From positions 2,560,001-2,624,000 of the forward strand of contig OZ219802.1 in assembly GCA_964291655.2 (NCBI GenBank): a DNA stretch of 64,000 nucleotides, given 5' to 3'. The DNA comes from Chloroflexota bacterium. GTDB taxonomy: Bacteria; Chloroflexota; UBA11872; VXOZ01. Shown piece by piece: positions 38,511 through 46,671 of this stretch. The position numbers and the translations under genes were made by a program. The notes under the pieces were generated by a model. That model made no database searches. It was not told the DNA's origin and worked only from the letters and a program-made list of their open reading frames with translations. Positions within the stretch are counted from its first letter, which is position 1, and every line of letters begins with the position of its first letter.

Positions 38511-38753
38511 AGCGGCTTTCCCTTCATGGCGAGATTTGGCTCTCTCCGTTTGTGGTGAGCATGCCTTTCCTAAGCACTTCGACAAGCTCAGTACAGGCCT
38601 GTCGAAGCATCGAACCAGGAGTGGCAATACAGGGCGCTTAGGCTTGCGCATGAGCTGGTTGCGCTAAGAATGCATTTCACGGGCTCTGAGGTCCGTGTCC
38701 CTTACCGCAAAACTGTGTATAATCCAATAAATCAACTTGGAAAGGAGCGTTTC

Positions 38754-40037
38754 ATGGCTATCAAGAGTCCTGCGGACGTGAGTCTGGCCATTGAGGGAGG
38801 TACGCCGGTGCGGGGGGCGGATAACCCGCTGCCGCAAGTCTTTCCTCGCTATGTGCCAGAGAGCGCCTACGACAACGTGCGCGCGGTGTTGGACGGCGGC
38901 GTTTCCAGCAACATGATCAGCCGCTTCGAGGAGGCGTTTGCCGAGGCCACCGGCACGAAATACTGCGTTTCCATTGCGAATTGCACGGCCGCGCTCCACT
39001 CCCTCTATGCTGGCTTGGACGCCGGCCCGGGCGACGAAATCGTCGTGAGTCCCATTACCGACTTCGGCACAATCGCCGGCATCATTGCCCAGGGGGCAAT
39101 CCCAGTCTTTCCCGATGTGGACGTGCGCACGGGAAACGTCACCGCCGAGACCATCGCAAAAGTGCTGTCGCCGCGCACGGCAGTCATCGTTGCCGTTCAC
39201 TTCTACGGTCTGCTCTGCCCAATGGAAGAGATTGTGGCGCTGGGGAAGAGCAAGAACATCACCGTCGTAGAAGATGTCTGCCAAGCGCCGCTGGCGAACT
39301 ATTCAGGACGGAATGTGAAGGGAAAAGCGGGTTCGCTGGGCGACGTCGGCGGCTTTTCATTTGATGCGGAAAAGCACTTAACGGCGGACCATGGCGGGGC
39401 CGTTACCACGGATAGTGAGAAAGTCGCCGATCGTGTGCGGAGCTTTGCGCTCACGCGCGGCGCCGTTTCGCACCCGAACTACGGTCGCAAGCACGAATCG
39501 TTCGGCCTGAACTATCGCTTCGGTCAGTTCCAGGCGGGACTGGCGTTGGCCGAGCTTGGGGTGCTCGAGGAGCAGAACGAGCGGCGGCGGCAGGGAGCTG
39601 CCCACCTAAACTCTCTAATTGATGAGATTGACGGTCTTACGCCGCCATTCACTCCTCCAGGAAGCGACCATATTCACTGGCTCTACCACGTGCGTCTCGA
39701 TCTCGATCAGTTCCGGTGCACCATCTGGGAGTTTTCGAAAGCGCTCTTGGCTGAAGGCCTCACGCCGGGCGCCGGCCCCGCGCCGTACTATCTCGTGCCC
39801 GATAGCCATGTCTTCATGCAGGACAAGGCGCACGTTGCCGGCAGGTCTGGCTGGCCGTGGGACCATCCGATGAACGAATTTGCCAAAGACATCGAATACA
39901 GCGCTGACATGTGCCCCCAGGCCAAGGAGCACGTGGACACCACCGTCCGCTGGACGTGGACCGATAAGCACTCCACCGAAGACATCGAGGACATGGCGAC
40001 GATGTTCGCAAAGGTGGCGGATTACTATCGGGTATAG
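38754..40037 (+). CDS. DegT/DnrJ/EryC1/StrS family PLP aminotransferase
   Basis: NCTAALH, GPGDEIV, VVEDVCQA, GFSFDAEKHL (catalytic Lys), GLNYR; ATG after AAGGAG. Confidence 0.92.
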   Translation: MAIKSPADVSLAIEGGTPVRGADNPLPQVFPRYVPESAYDNVRAVLDGGVSSNMISRFEEAFAEATGTKYCVSIANCTAALHSLYAGLDAGPGDEIVVSPITDFGTIAGIIAQGAIPVFPDVDVRTGNVTAETIAKVLSPRTAVIVAVHFYGLLCPMEEIVALGKSKNITVVEDVCQAPLANYSGRNVKGKAGSLGDVGGFSFDAEKHLTADHGGAVTTDSEKVADRVRSFALTRGAVSHPNYGRKHESFGLNYRFGQFQAGLALAELGVLEEQNERRRQGAAHLNSLIDEIDGLTPPFTPPGSDHIHWLYHVRLDLDQFRCTIWEFSKALLAEGLTPGAGPAPYYLVPDSHVFMQDKAHVAGRSGWPWDHPMNEFAKDIEYSADMCPQAKEHVDTTVRWTWTDKHSTEDIEDMATMFAKVADYYRV

Positions 40038-40128
40038 GTCGAGAGACTCGTATCGGATCCTCAGCAAATTCCATCACAGAGATTGTGAGTGGGGACCTTG
40101 CCGGAAGGATCAGTGACATCGTAAGAAA

Positions 40129-40156
40129 AGAGCGCAGGCCCTTGGGCCTGCGCTCT
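40129..40156. terminator. Hairpin terminator
   Basis: agagcgcaggccc-tt-gggcctgcgctct with an upstream A-run. Confidence 0.65.
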
Positions 40157-40203
40157 GTCTCATGCGCCACGGTGTACCGATTGCTTATTCCATCTTTTGA
40201 GAC

Positions 40204-40338
40204 TCAGAGTTGCGGTAATCCGTGCACCTCATCAAGGGATTCGCCATAGCGGGCAACACCCAATTCCTCGCAGTCACCAACCCACTGACCCTCTTCTTGG
40301 AAGTACCGCAGCGTGAGATACACATAGCTCTCTGCCAC
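40204..40338 (-). pseudogene. Truncated HicB-like antitoxin fragment
   Basis: YFQEEGQWVGDCEELGVARYGESLDEV matches the HicB N-terminal pattern; GGGAGG RBS; stops after 44 aa. Confidence 0.55.
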
Positions 40339-40768
40339 TGTGCGCCTCCCTTCCGCCGGGCGCGCTCCGCTAGCTACGTCTCGTGTCTCTTGTAGCATTT
40401 TGCTTGGTATTTGATACCCAATTCGCGATCCGTATTCAATGCGAGCCGAACGGCAGTCTCCGTGTTCGGGATCAGCGCGGGCCTCAATGCATATCCGGGT
40501 TTCGGACATCACTTTCCAGTTGGTACAGCACTGCGTTTGACCCATCGGCGAGGATCAGATCGCGGCGCACGGCGTAGCGCACTCTGCCGCTCATTCTCAA
40601 TTCCAGAGAATACGCCGTCTCTTTCTCTTCAGGGTACGTACAACGAAGCGCAATCACTACCCTCTTGACAGTGAGGGCAAGGATCTCTGGGATGCGCTTA
40701 GTCAAGTATTCTCTCATGAGAGACTGAAAGGATTCCTGAGCGGCTTGCAGGTTATAGACTTGCCCTTA

Positions 40769-40901
40769 GGGGGTGTACGCAAAGCCCATGAAAACCATTC
40801 GTGCTGAGGGCTGCGCGAAGCCCCTGTGGAAGCATGAACTGCCCTTCAAAAAGCTCAGGGCGAACGTTACTCGTGTAGACAACACCTTTAGAAAAACCCT
40901 C
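40769..40901. mobile_element. Possible degenerate MITE carrying a REP
   Basis: Weak inverted ends (gggggtgtacgcaaag / ctttagaaaaaccctc) flanked by TTA on both sides; internal cccttcaaaaagctcagggcgaacg. Confidence 0.4.
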
Positions 40902-41021
40902 TTAGAGTATCCAGTGGTCGGGTGGCATTTCTTGCGGGACACTCAATGTCGTTGGTGCGGCGGCCACAGCCGCTTTTGCAATTGTAGCAGTTGCTCGTCA
41001 AGACAGTAAAGACCATGAGAA

Positions 41022-42614
41022 TCACGCATGGCTTTGCCGTCTCGGCATCCGGTTGTCGGTGCGGATCAGTTCCTCCATGAGGCGCGCCTTGAGCTCTTGC
41101 TTCAGGCTTTCGACTGAGGGGTCGTGCCACAGGTTTTGCAGTTGCCCGGGGTCGTTATGCGTATCGAAGAGTTCACCGTACTCCTGTTCGCCGTCATCGC
41201 CCACGTAGACGGTCAGTTGATGTGTGTCGGTGACCAGGGAGCGCAGGCGCAGCCCGATATAGTCCTCGTCATTCTCTATGACGATGGCGTCCTGCACGGA
41301 TTCCGCCTCTCCCGTAAGCAGCGGCGCGAGCGACTTCCCTGGCAAGGGTGACATCTGCCGCTCCGCTTCCGGCTGGGGTACACCTTTCATGAAGGGCGGC
41401 CCGTATTCCGGCGCCGGCACGCCCGCCAGGTCGAGTAGGGTGGTTGGAATATCCAGGTGCGACACGAGGCTCTGGGATACTTGACCCGCAGGGAACCGCG
41501 CCGGCCAGCGCCAGATCGAGGGGATATTCAGCATGCCGTCGAAGTGGAACGGCCCTTTGTTCAGCAGCCAGTGGTCGCCCAGCAAGTCGCCGTGATCGGC
41601 GGTGAAGACGACGACGGTGTTTTCTGCAAGTCCTAGTTCTTCGAGAGAGTCCATTATTCGTCCGACCTGCTCGTCGATGAAAGACACCATGCCAAAGGTG
41701 ATGGCCGTGATCTCGCGCATGTGCTCATCCGGCATCTTGGTGGCGAATCGCCGGCCGGACGTCCATTGGTCGGTCTCGTACATCAGGCGCATGTGCGGCG
41801 GCAGGTCGTCAAGTTCGTTGTCGCGCCGGGTCGGCGCCGGAATCGAGTCGCGGTCGTACATGGAGAACCAGGGATCCGGCGCGGCATAGGGATGGTGCGG
41901 ATCGGGGAACGAGGCCCACAGCATGAATGGCTGCTCGCGCGCGGCGGCATCCTGCAGATACGCAATGCTGCGGTCGGCGATCCAGGTGTTGTAATGGTAT
42001 TCCGGTGGCACGTTGATGCGGTAGGACTGCTCGGCTCCGCTCGCCGCGGGGGTGGACGCCTGGCGGTTCCAATGAGGAAGGACGTCCGGGTGCTCGCGTT
42101 CCAGCCACAGGTAGTGGTTGTCGAAGTTGCCGGGCCCGTGACCGATGGTCAACTCCGTGCTCGCGAAACCGTAGTAGGGCGTCGGCAGCGACGAGACTTT
42201 GCGGTTGCGCCACATCCAGCGGGTCTCGGGAAAGTCGAGGGGGTCCAGGGTCTCCGGGTCCACGCCGATGGGTTCGCCTGCCACGCGCACGTGGATCTTG
42301 CCGATGCTGTGGGTACGGTAGCCAACGTCCGCGAGCGTGCCGGTGACGGTGGGGAAGGCGGGGTCCAGGTCAATGCCGTTGGTGCGCACGTTGTGCCCGC
42401 GGGGAGTCAGGCCGGTGAGCAGCGTGGAGCGCGAGGGCATGCAAAGCGGGTTATTGACATAAGCGCGAGTGAGGAGTGCGCCGCCGGCCGCGAGCCGATC
42501 GAGGTTGGGAGTTTGCAGCGGCGTGTTGTCCCGCCAGTCGCGCCAGGCGCAGCGCATGTTGTCGCCGCGCATCTGGTCGGTGAGGATGATGAGGAAATTC
42601 GGTTGGTCGCTCAT
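41022..42614 (-). CDS. Sulfatase-like hydrolase (Cys-type, no signal peptide)
   Basis: PNFLIILTDQ, CMPSRSTLLTG formylglycine motif, IGKIH, PHHP, ADHGD. Confidence 0.93.
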   Translation of the reverse strand: MSDQPNFLIILTDQMRGDNMRCAWRDWRDNTPLQTPNLDRLAAGGALLTRAYVNNPLCMPSRSTLLTGLTPRGHNVRTNGIDLDPAFPTVTGTLADVGYRTHSIGKIHVRVAGEPIGVDPETLDPLDFPETRWMWRNRKVSSLPTPYYGFASTELTIGHGPGNFDNHYLWLEREHPDVLPHWNRQASTPAASGAEQSYRINVPPEYHYNTWIADRSIAYLQDAAAREQPFMLWASFPDPHHPYAAPDPWFSMYDRDSIPAPTRRDNELDDLPPHMRLMYETDQWTSGRRFATKMPDEHMREITAITFGMVSFIDEQVGRIMDSLEELGLAENTVVVFTADHGDLLGDHWLLNKGPFHFDGMLNIPSIWRWPARFPAGQVSQSLVSHLDIPTTLLDLAGVPAPEYGPPFMKGVPQPEAERQMSPLPGKSLAPLLTGEAESVQDAIVIENDEDYIGLRLRSLVTDTHQLTVYVGDDGEQEYGELFDTHNDPGQLQNLWHDPSVESLKQELKARLMEELIRTDNRMPRRQSHA

Positions 42615-43042
42615 GGAGGTGCTCCTTTGTCAGTCTTTTGGCTTTGAAAGTAGGGCTTCCAGGAAGCCGCTTTTTTGTTTGTTTCTCGCTTCGTGCCACG
42701 CAGAAACCGTAGGTCACACTTGTAAAGAGTATATACCTGTCGGTGTTGGACTGGTCATGTCACTGCAAGACGAATGCTGTGGCGATGGCTTTCCCTAACT
42801 TCGCGCTGGATTTAAGGTGGGTGCTGTCTCAATGTCTTCAACTCATGAGAAGATCTCTCAGCGCATGGTTGAGTTGCAAAGATGGATTCCCGCGTGCGCG
42901 GGAATGACGAATCGGTTGGCGGTCCTATACACACTGCAAAATGGGCGGGTTCGGATAGCCCTCTCCCGGGGGAGAGGGTTTGGGTGAGGGCGACCGACCG
43001 ACAGTGTCGACGTGCCAGGCACATTTGAGAGTTTGCTCGGCA

Positions 43043-43071
43043 TTGAAGCGCCTGCACCCTAAGAATATAAT
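43043..43071 (+). promoter_or_regulatory. Sigma70 promoter of Gfo/Idh/MocA copy 1
   Basis: TTGAAG-N17-TATAAT; same position conserved upstream of copy 2. Confidence 0.7.
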
Positions 43072-43166
43072 TGCCCTAATACACTTCCCGGGCGTGGAAT
43101 GCCAGCCAACCTACATCTCGCCGCGATTTGGCTGCGCCACGACCTTACCCAAGGAGCGAATTCCCC

Positions 43167-44207
43167 ATGAGTACCGCGCGTCGCGCCAGGTTAGCCTTCA
43201 TCGGTTGTGGCTCCTTTGCCACGGCCTCGATCTTTCCTCAGATTCAGCTCATTCCCGAGATCGACCTTGTCGCCGTGTGCGACCTCGACGAAGAAAAAGC
43301 GCAGCGCAACGCCCGCAACTTCGGCGCGCGCCGGGTTTACACCGATATGGAAAAGATGCTCGATACCGAAGAGTTGGATGGTGTCTTCACCATCGGTCCG
43401 GCGCCGCAGCAGTACCGGCTTGCGCCGGTGGTGCTCAAGCGCGGTCTGCCGGTGTACGTGGAGAAGCCGTCGGCCAATACCTCGGCGGAGGCCAAGGAAC
43501 TGGCTGAATTGGCCGAGGCGAACGGCACGTGGGGCCAGGTGGGCTTCATGAAGCGCTTCGCCGACGTCTATCGGATTGCCAAGGAAGTCATTGCCCGTCC
43601 CGAATTTGGCGGCCTGCACGTGCTCAAGGTCAAGTTCGGCCAGGGGAAGTATCCGCAAATCTGGGGCATCGACTCCGCCAAGCGGGCGTTTCTCATCGGC
43701 CAGTGCGTGCATATCCTTGACCTGGTGCGCTTCTTCGGCGGCGATGTGCGCGCCGTAAACGCGCTCTACTATGAGGTCGGCCCGCAAAACTTCTCCTATC
43801 TCATCAACCTGGAGTTTGTGAACGGCACGGTCGGCCACATGGACATTAATACGCTCGATTCCAAGGTGGGGACCCGCGACATCATCGAGACGCTGGAACT
43901 CATCGGCATGGAGACCCACGTGGTGTGTGAGGATATGATGAAGGTCAAGTACCAACCCCAAGAGGCGTGGTCGGCAGAAGCGCCGCGCCTCGGCCGGTAT
44001 AACTTCACTCTGGAACCCTCGTGGACCGGCCTTTCGATCAGCAAGCGCAACTTCGGCTATACCGGCGAGGTGGAGCACTTCGCCCGCCGCTGCCTGGGAC
44101 TGGAAACCAGCGGCCCCGACCTCTGGGACAGCTACAAGGCGCTCACGTTCGGGGAAGCGGTGTATAAGAGCTCCCACGGCGGCGGCCGGGTGCTGGTGGA
44201 ACAGTAG
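43167..44207 (+). CDS. Gfo/Idh/MocA family oxidoreductase (copy 1)
   Basis: FIGCG, VEKP, VGFMKRF, HILD; ATG after AAGGAG; 346 aa. Confidence 0.92.
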   Translation: MSTARRARLAFIGCGSFATASIFPQIQLIPEIDLVAVCDLDEEKAQRNARNFGARRVYTDMEKMLDTEELDGVFTIGPAPQQYRLAPVVLKRGLPVYVEKPSANTSAEAKELAELAEANGTWGQVGFMKRFADVYRIAKEVIARPEFGGLHVLKVKFGQGKYPQIWGIDSAKRAFLIGQCVHILDLVRFFGGDVRAVNALYYEVGPQNFSYLINLEFVNGTVGHMDINTLDSKVGTRDIIETLELIGMETHVVCEDMMKVKYQPQEAWSAEAPRLGRYNFTLEPSWTGLSISKRNFGYTGEVEHFARRCLGLETSGPDLWDSYKALTFGEAVYKSSHGGGRVLVEQ

Positions 44208-44215
44208 GCGCCATC

Positions 44216-44479
44216 GAGACCCTTGCGTAACCCAAGCGGAAGCAAGCGGGTGCCCTCTCCCTTTACTGGTGAGGGCAAGAGTCTGCCCCGTACTCGATGC
44301 AGCGTATCGACACGATACGGGTGTGAGGGTGAATCTCATGCATTGTCTACAAGTGCGTGCCAATTTCTAGGTGGCACCTCTTGACGCCGCACACTTTATG
44401 AGGCCATTGCAGCCAAGAGACCCCTCACTCCAAGGAGAGGGAGTGCCTTTGCCTGAAAGTGGGGCTCTGTAAGGGTCTC
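44216..44479. mobile_element. IS5-like MITE, homologous to 63366-63600
   Basis: GAGACCCTTGCGTAACCC ... GGGCTCTGTAAGGGTCTC ends; 4-bp CATC duplication; absent at the equivalent site after the paralogous gene. Confidence 0.8.
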
Positions 44480-44733
44480 CATCGCTGGACAGAGAGGTTG
44501 CTCGCGCTGGACAAAGGGTTTTCTCGCGTAGGTGGATTAGCGGCATTGCGGAAACTTGTGGAATTCGCTGTGCACTGAGCAAGCCCGCCTGGTATCGCAC
44601 AAGAGGCGGGGGACAAGCCCCCGCGCTACGGCAGGAAGTGCCGCACATTCCGCTACGCCCACGTGAGTGACGGACCAGTCGGTGACTCTCTAGGCAATGC
44701 AAACCGAGGACGACCGGAAAGCCCTCTCCCGGA

Positions 44734-44871
44734 AAGACCGTTGCGTAACTCCGTCATTCCGGCGCAAGCCGGAATCCAGAGCGCCTTGATAGCTAGAGAT
44801 AGCATGATGTTAAGTCGATTCACGCCCATCCCAACCTTCCCCCCAAAGGTGAAGGGCTATGCAAAGATCCC
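44734..44871. mobile_element. Degenerate IS5-end MITE inserted in a family D REP hairpin
   Basis: aagaccgttgcgtaactc ... gggctatgcaaagatccc lies between gccctctccc and gggggagaggg. Confidence 0.55.
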
Positions 44872-44872
44872 T

Positions 44873-45137
44873 GGGGGAGAGGGTTTGGGTGAGGGCGAGC
44901 GGGGCGGCGGTGGGAGCGCCGCCGGAGGACAACAGTTGAGCAAGTAGTTGATTGACCAACCCCGTTGAACGATTCCGATCGAGGCCCTCTCCCGGGGGAG
45001 AGGGTTTGGGTGAAGACGTGCGGGGCGGCGGGGGGAGCGCCGCCGGAGGAAAACAGTTGAGAAAATAGTTGATTGACCAATCCCGTTGAAAGATTTCGAT
45101 CGAGGCCCTCTCCCGGGGGAGAGGGTTTGGGTGAGGG
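44873..45137. repeat. 121-bp tandem repeat (two full units plus a partial) built on a family D REP
   Basis: gggggagagggtttgggtga at 44873, 44994 and 45115, with conserved cggggcggcg...ttgattgaccaa...gatcgaggccctctccc in between. Confidence 0.88.
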
Positions 45138-45190
45138 CGAATGATCGTAAGTGCTGCCATGTCCGGGCAAGTGTGAGGGACAGCCCGGCA

Positions 45191-45219
45191 TTGATGTGCT
45201 TGCAGCCTGGGAATATAAT
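45191..45219 (+). promoter_or_regulatory. Sigma70 promoter of Gfo/Idh/MocA copy 2
   Basis: TTGATG-N17-TATAAT. Confidence 0.7.
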
Positions 45220-45315
45220 TGCCGTAATACTCTTGACGGTGCAATTGGGCAGCCCACGAGAGCTTCCCCCCAGAGCGCTTGCACCGTGTCCCCCATCGCA
45301 AGGAGCGAAATCCCC

Positions 45316-46356
45316 ATGAGTACCGAGCGCCGAGCCAGACTTGCCTTCATCGGTTGTGGTTCATTTGCCACGGCCTCGATCTTTCCTCAGATTCAACTTA
45401 TTCCCGAAATTGACCTCGTTGCCGTCTGCGACATCGACGAAGAAAAGGCCCAGCGCAACGCTCGCAACTTTGGGGCGCGGCGTGTTTATACCGACATGGA
45501 AAAGATGCTCGATACTGAAGAGTTGGACGGCGTCTTCACCATCGGTCCGGCGCCGCAGCAGTATCAGCTGGCGCCGGTGGTGCTCAAGCGCGGCCTGCCG
45601 GTTTACACGGAGAAGCCGTCGGCCAATACTTCGGCTGAGGCAAAGGAACTGGCCGAACTCGCAGAGGCGAATAACACGTGGGGCCAGGTGGGCTTCATGA
45701 AGCGCTTCGCCGACGTGTACACCATCGCCAAGGAGATTGTGGCGCGGCCGGAGTTTGGCGGGCTGCACGTGCTCAAGGTCAAGTTCGGGCAGGGCAAGTA
45801 TCCGCAGATTTGGGGTATTGACTCCGCCAAGCGCGCGTTTCTCATTGGCCAGTGCGTGCACATCTTCGACTTGGTGCGCTTCTTTGGCGGGGACGTGCGC
45901 GCCGTTAACGCCCTCTACTATGAGGTGGGACCGCAGAATTTCTCGTATCTCATCAATCTGGAGTTTGTGAACGGTACCGTCGGCCAGATGGATATTAATA
46001 CGCTCGATTCTAAGGTAGCTTTCCGTGACATCATCGAGACGCTGGAGCTGATTGGGTTTGAAAACCACGTAGTGTGTGAAGACATGATGAAGGTCACGTA
46101 CCAGCCCCGCGAGGAGTGGACGCAAGAAGCGCCGGGCTTCGGCCGCTATAACTACACGCTCGACCCCTCCTGGACCGGCCTAGGACGCAGCCAGATTAAC
46201 TACGGCTACACCGGTGAGGTGCGCCACTTCGCGCGCCGTTGCCTGGGCCTGGAAACCAGCGGCCCCGACCTCTGGGATAGCTACAAGTCCCTCACGTTCG
46301 GCGAAGCGGTGTATACAAGCTCCCACGGCGGCGGCCGGGTGCTGGTGGAGCAGTAG
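45316..46356 (+). CDS. Gfo/Idh/MocA family oxidoreductase (copy 2)
   Basis: Same length as copy 1; about 31 differences in 346 aa by manual comparison. Confidence 0.92.
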   Translation: MSTERRARLAFIGCGSFATASIFPQIQLIPEIDLVAVCDIDEEKAQRNARNFGARRVYTDMEKMLDTEELDGVFTIGPAPQQYQLAPVVLKRGLPVYTEKPSANTSAEAKELAELAEANNTWGQVGFMKRFADVYTIAKEIVARPEFGGLHVLKVKFGQGKYPQIWGIDSAKRAFLIGQCVHIFDLVRFFGGDVRAVNALYYEVGPQNFSYLINLEFVNGTVGQMDINTLDSKVAFRDIIETLELIGFENHVVCEDMMKVTYQPREEWTQEAPGFGRYNYTLDPSWTGLGRSQINYGYTGEVRHFARRCLGLETSGPDLWDSYKSLTFGEAVYTSSHGGGRVLVEQ

Positions 46357-46558
46357 GCGCTGCTGCTGAACGGAGAAGCGATCCGCACAACTGTAGTTTG
46401 GGCACTGCAGCACCGAAGGGACTATCGCAGTAATCTGAGCAGTTCGGACTTGCTTTGCTTAAAGAGCGGGGGCCGAGCCCCCGCGCTACGAAGTTACTGC
46501 TAGCCTTGAGCCAAATAGGTGGAAGGTTTGGGGGAACATGGTGATGGCGGCAGCTCCG

Positions 46559-46581
46559 GTAGCGCAGGTTTGTAACCTGCG
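46559..46581. repeat. GTAG-type REP, family B (also ~25966, 36832, 48802, 51010, 56641, 61832)
   Basis: gtagcgcagg...aacctgcg hairpins, all extragenic. Confidence 0.7.
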
Positions 46582-46671
46582 TCTGCTTGGCGGGAATTGC
46601 TATTGGGTCATTTCAACGTGGCTATTTTCGCGTTTCGTCAAGTCAATTGACCTAGCGCGTCTTGGCACGAT

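Noticed and set aside
44873-45137. CRISPR array or coding repeat (ORFs 44810-45371)
   Set aside because: The whole 121-bp unit repeats, and the ORFs are translations of REP sequence (PHPNPLP) with no protein-like signal.
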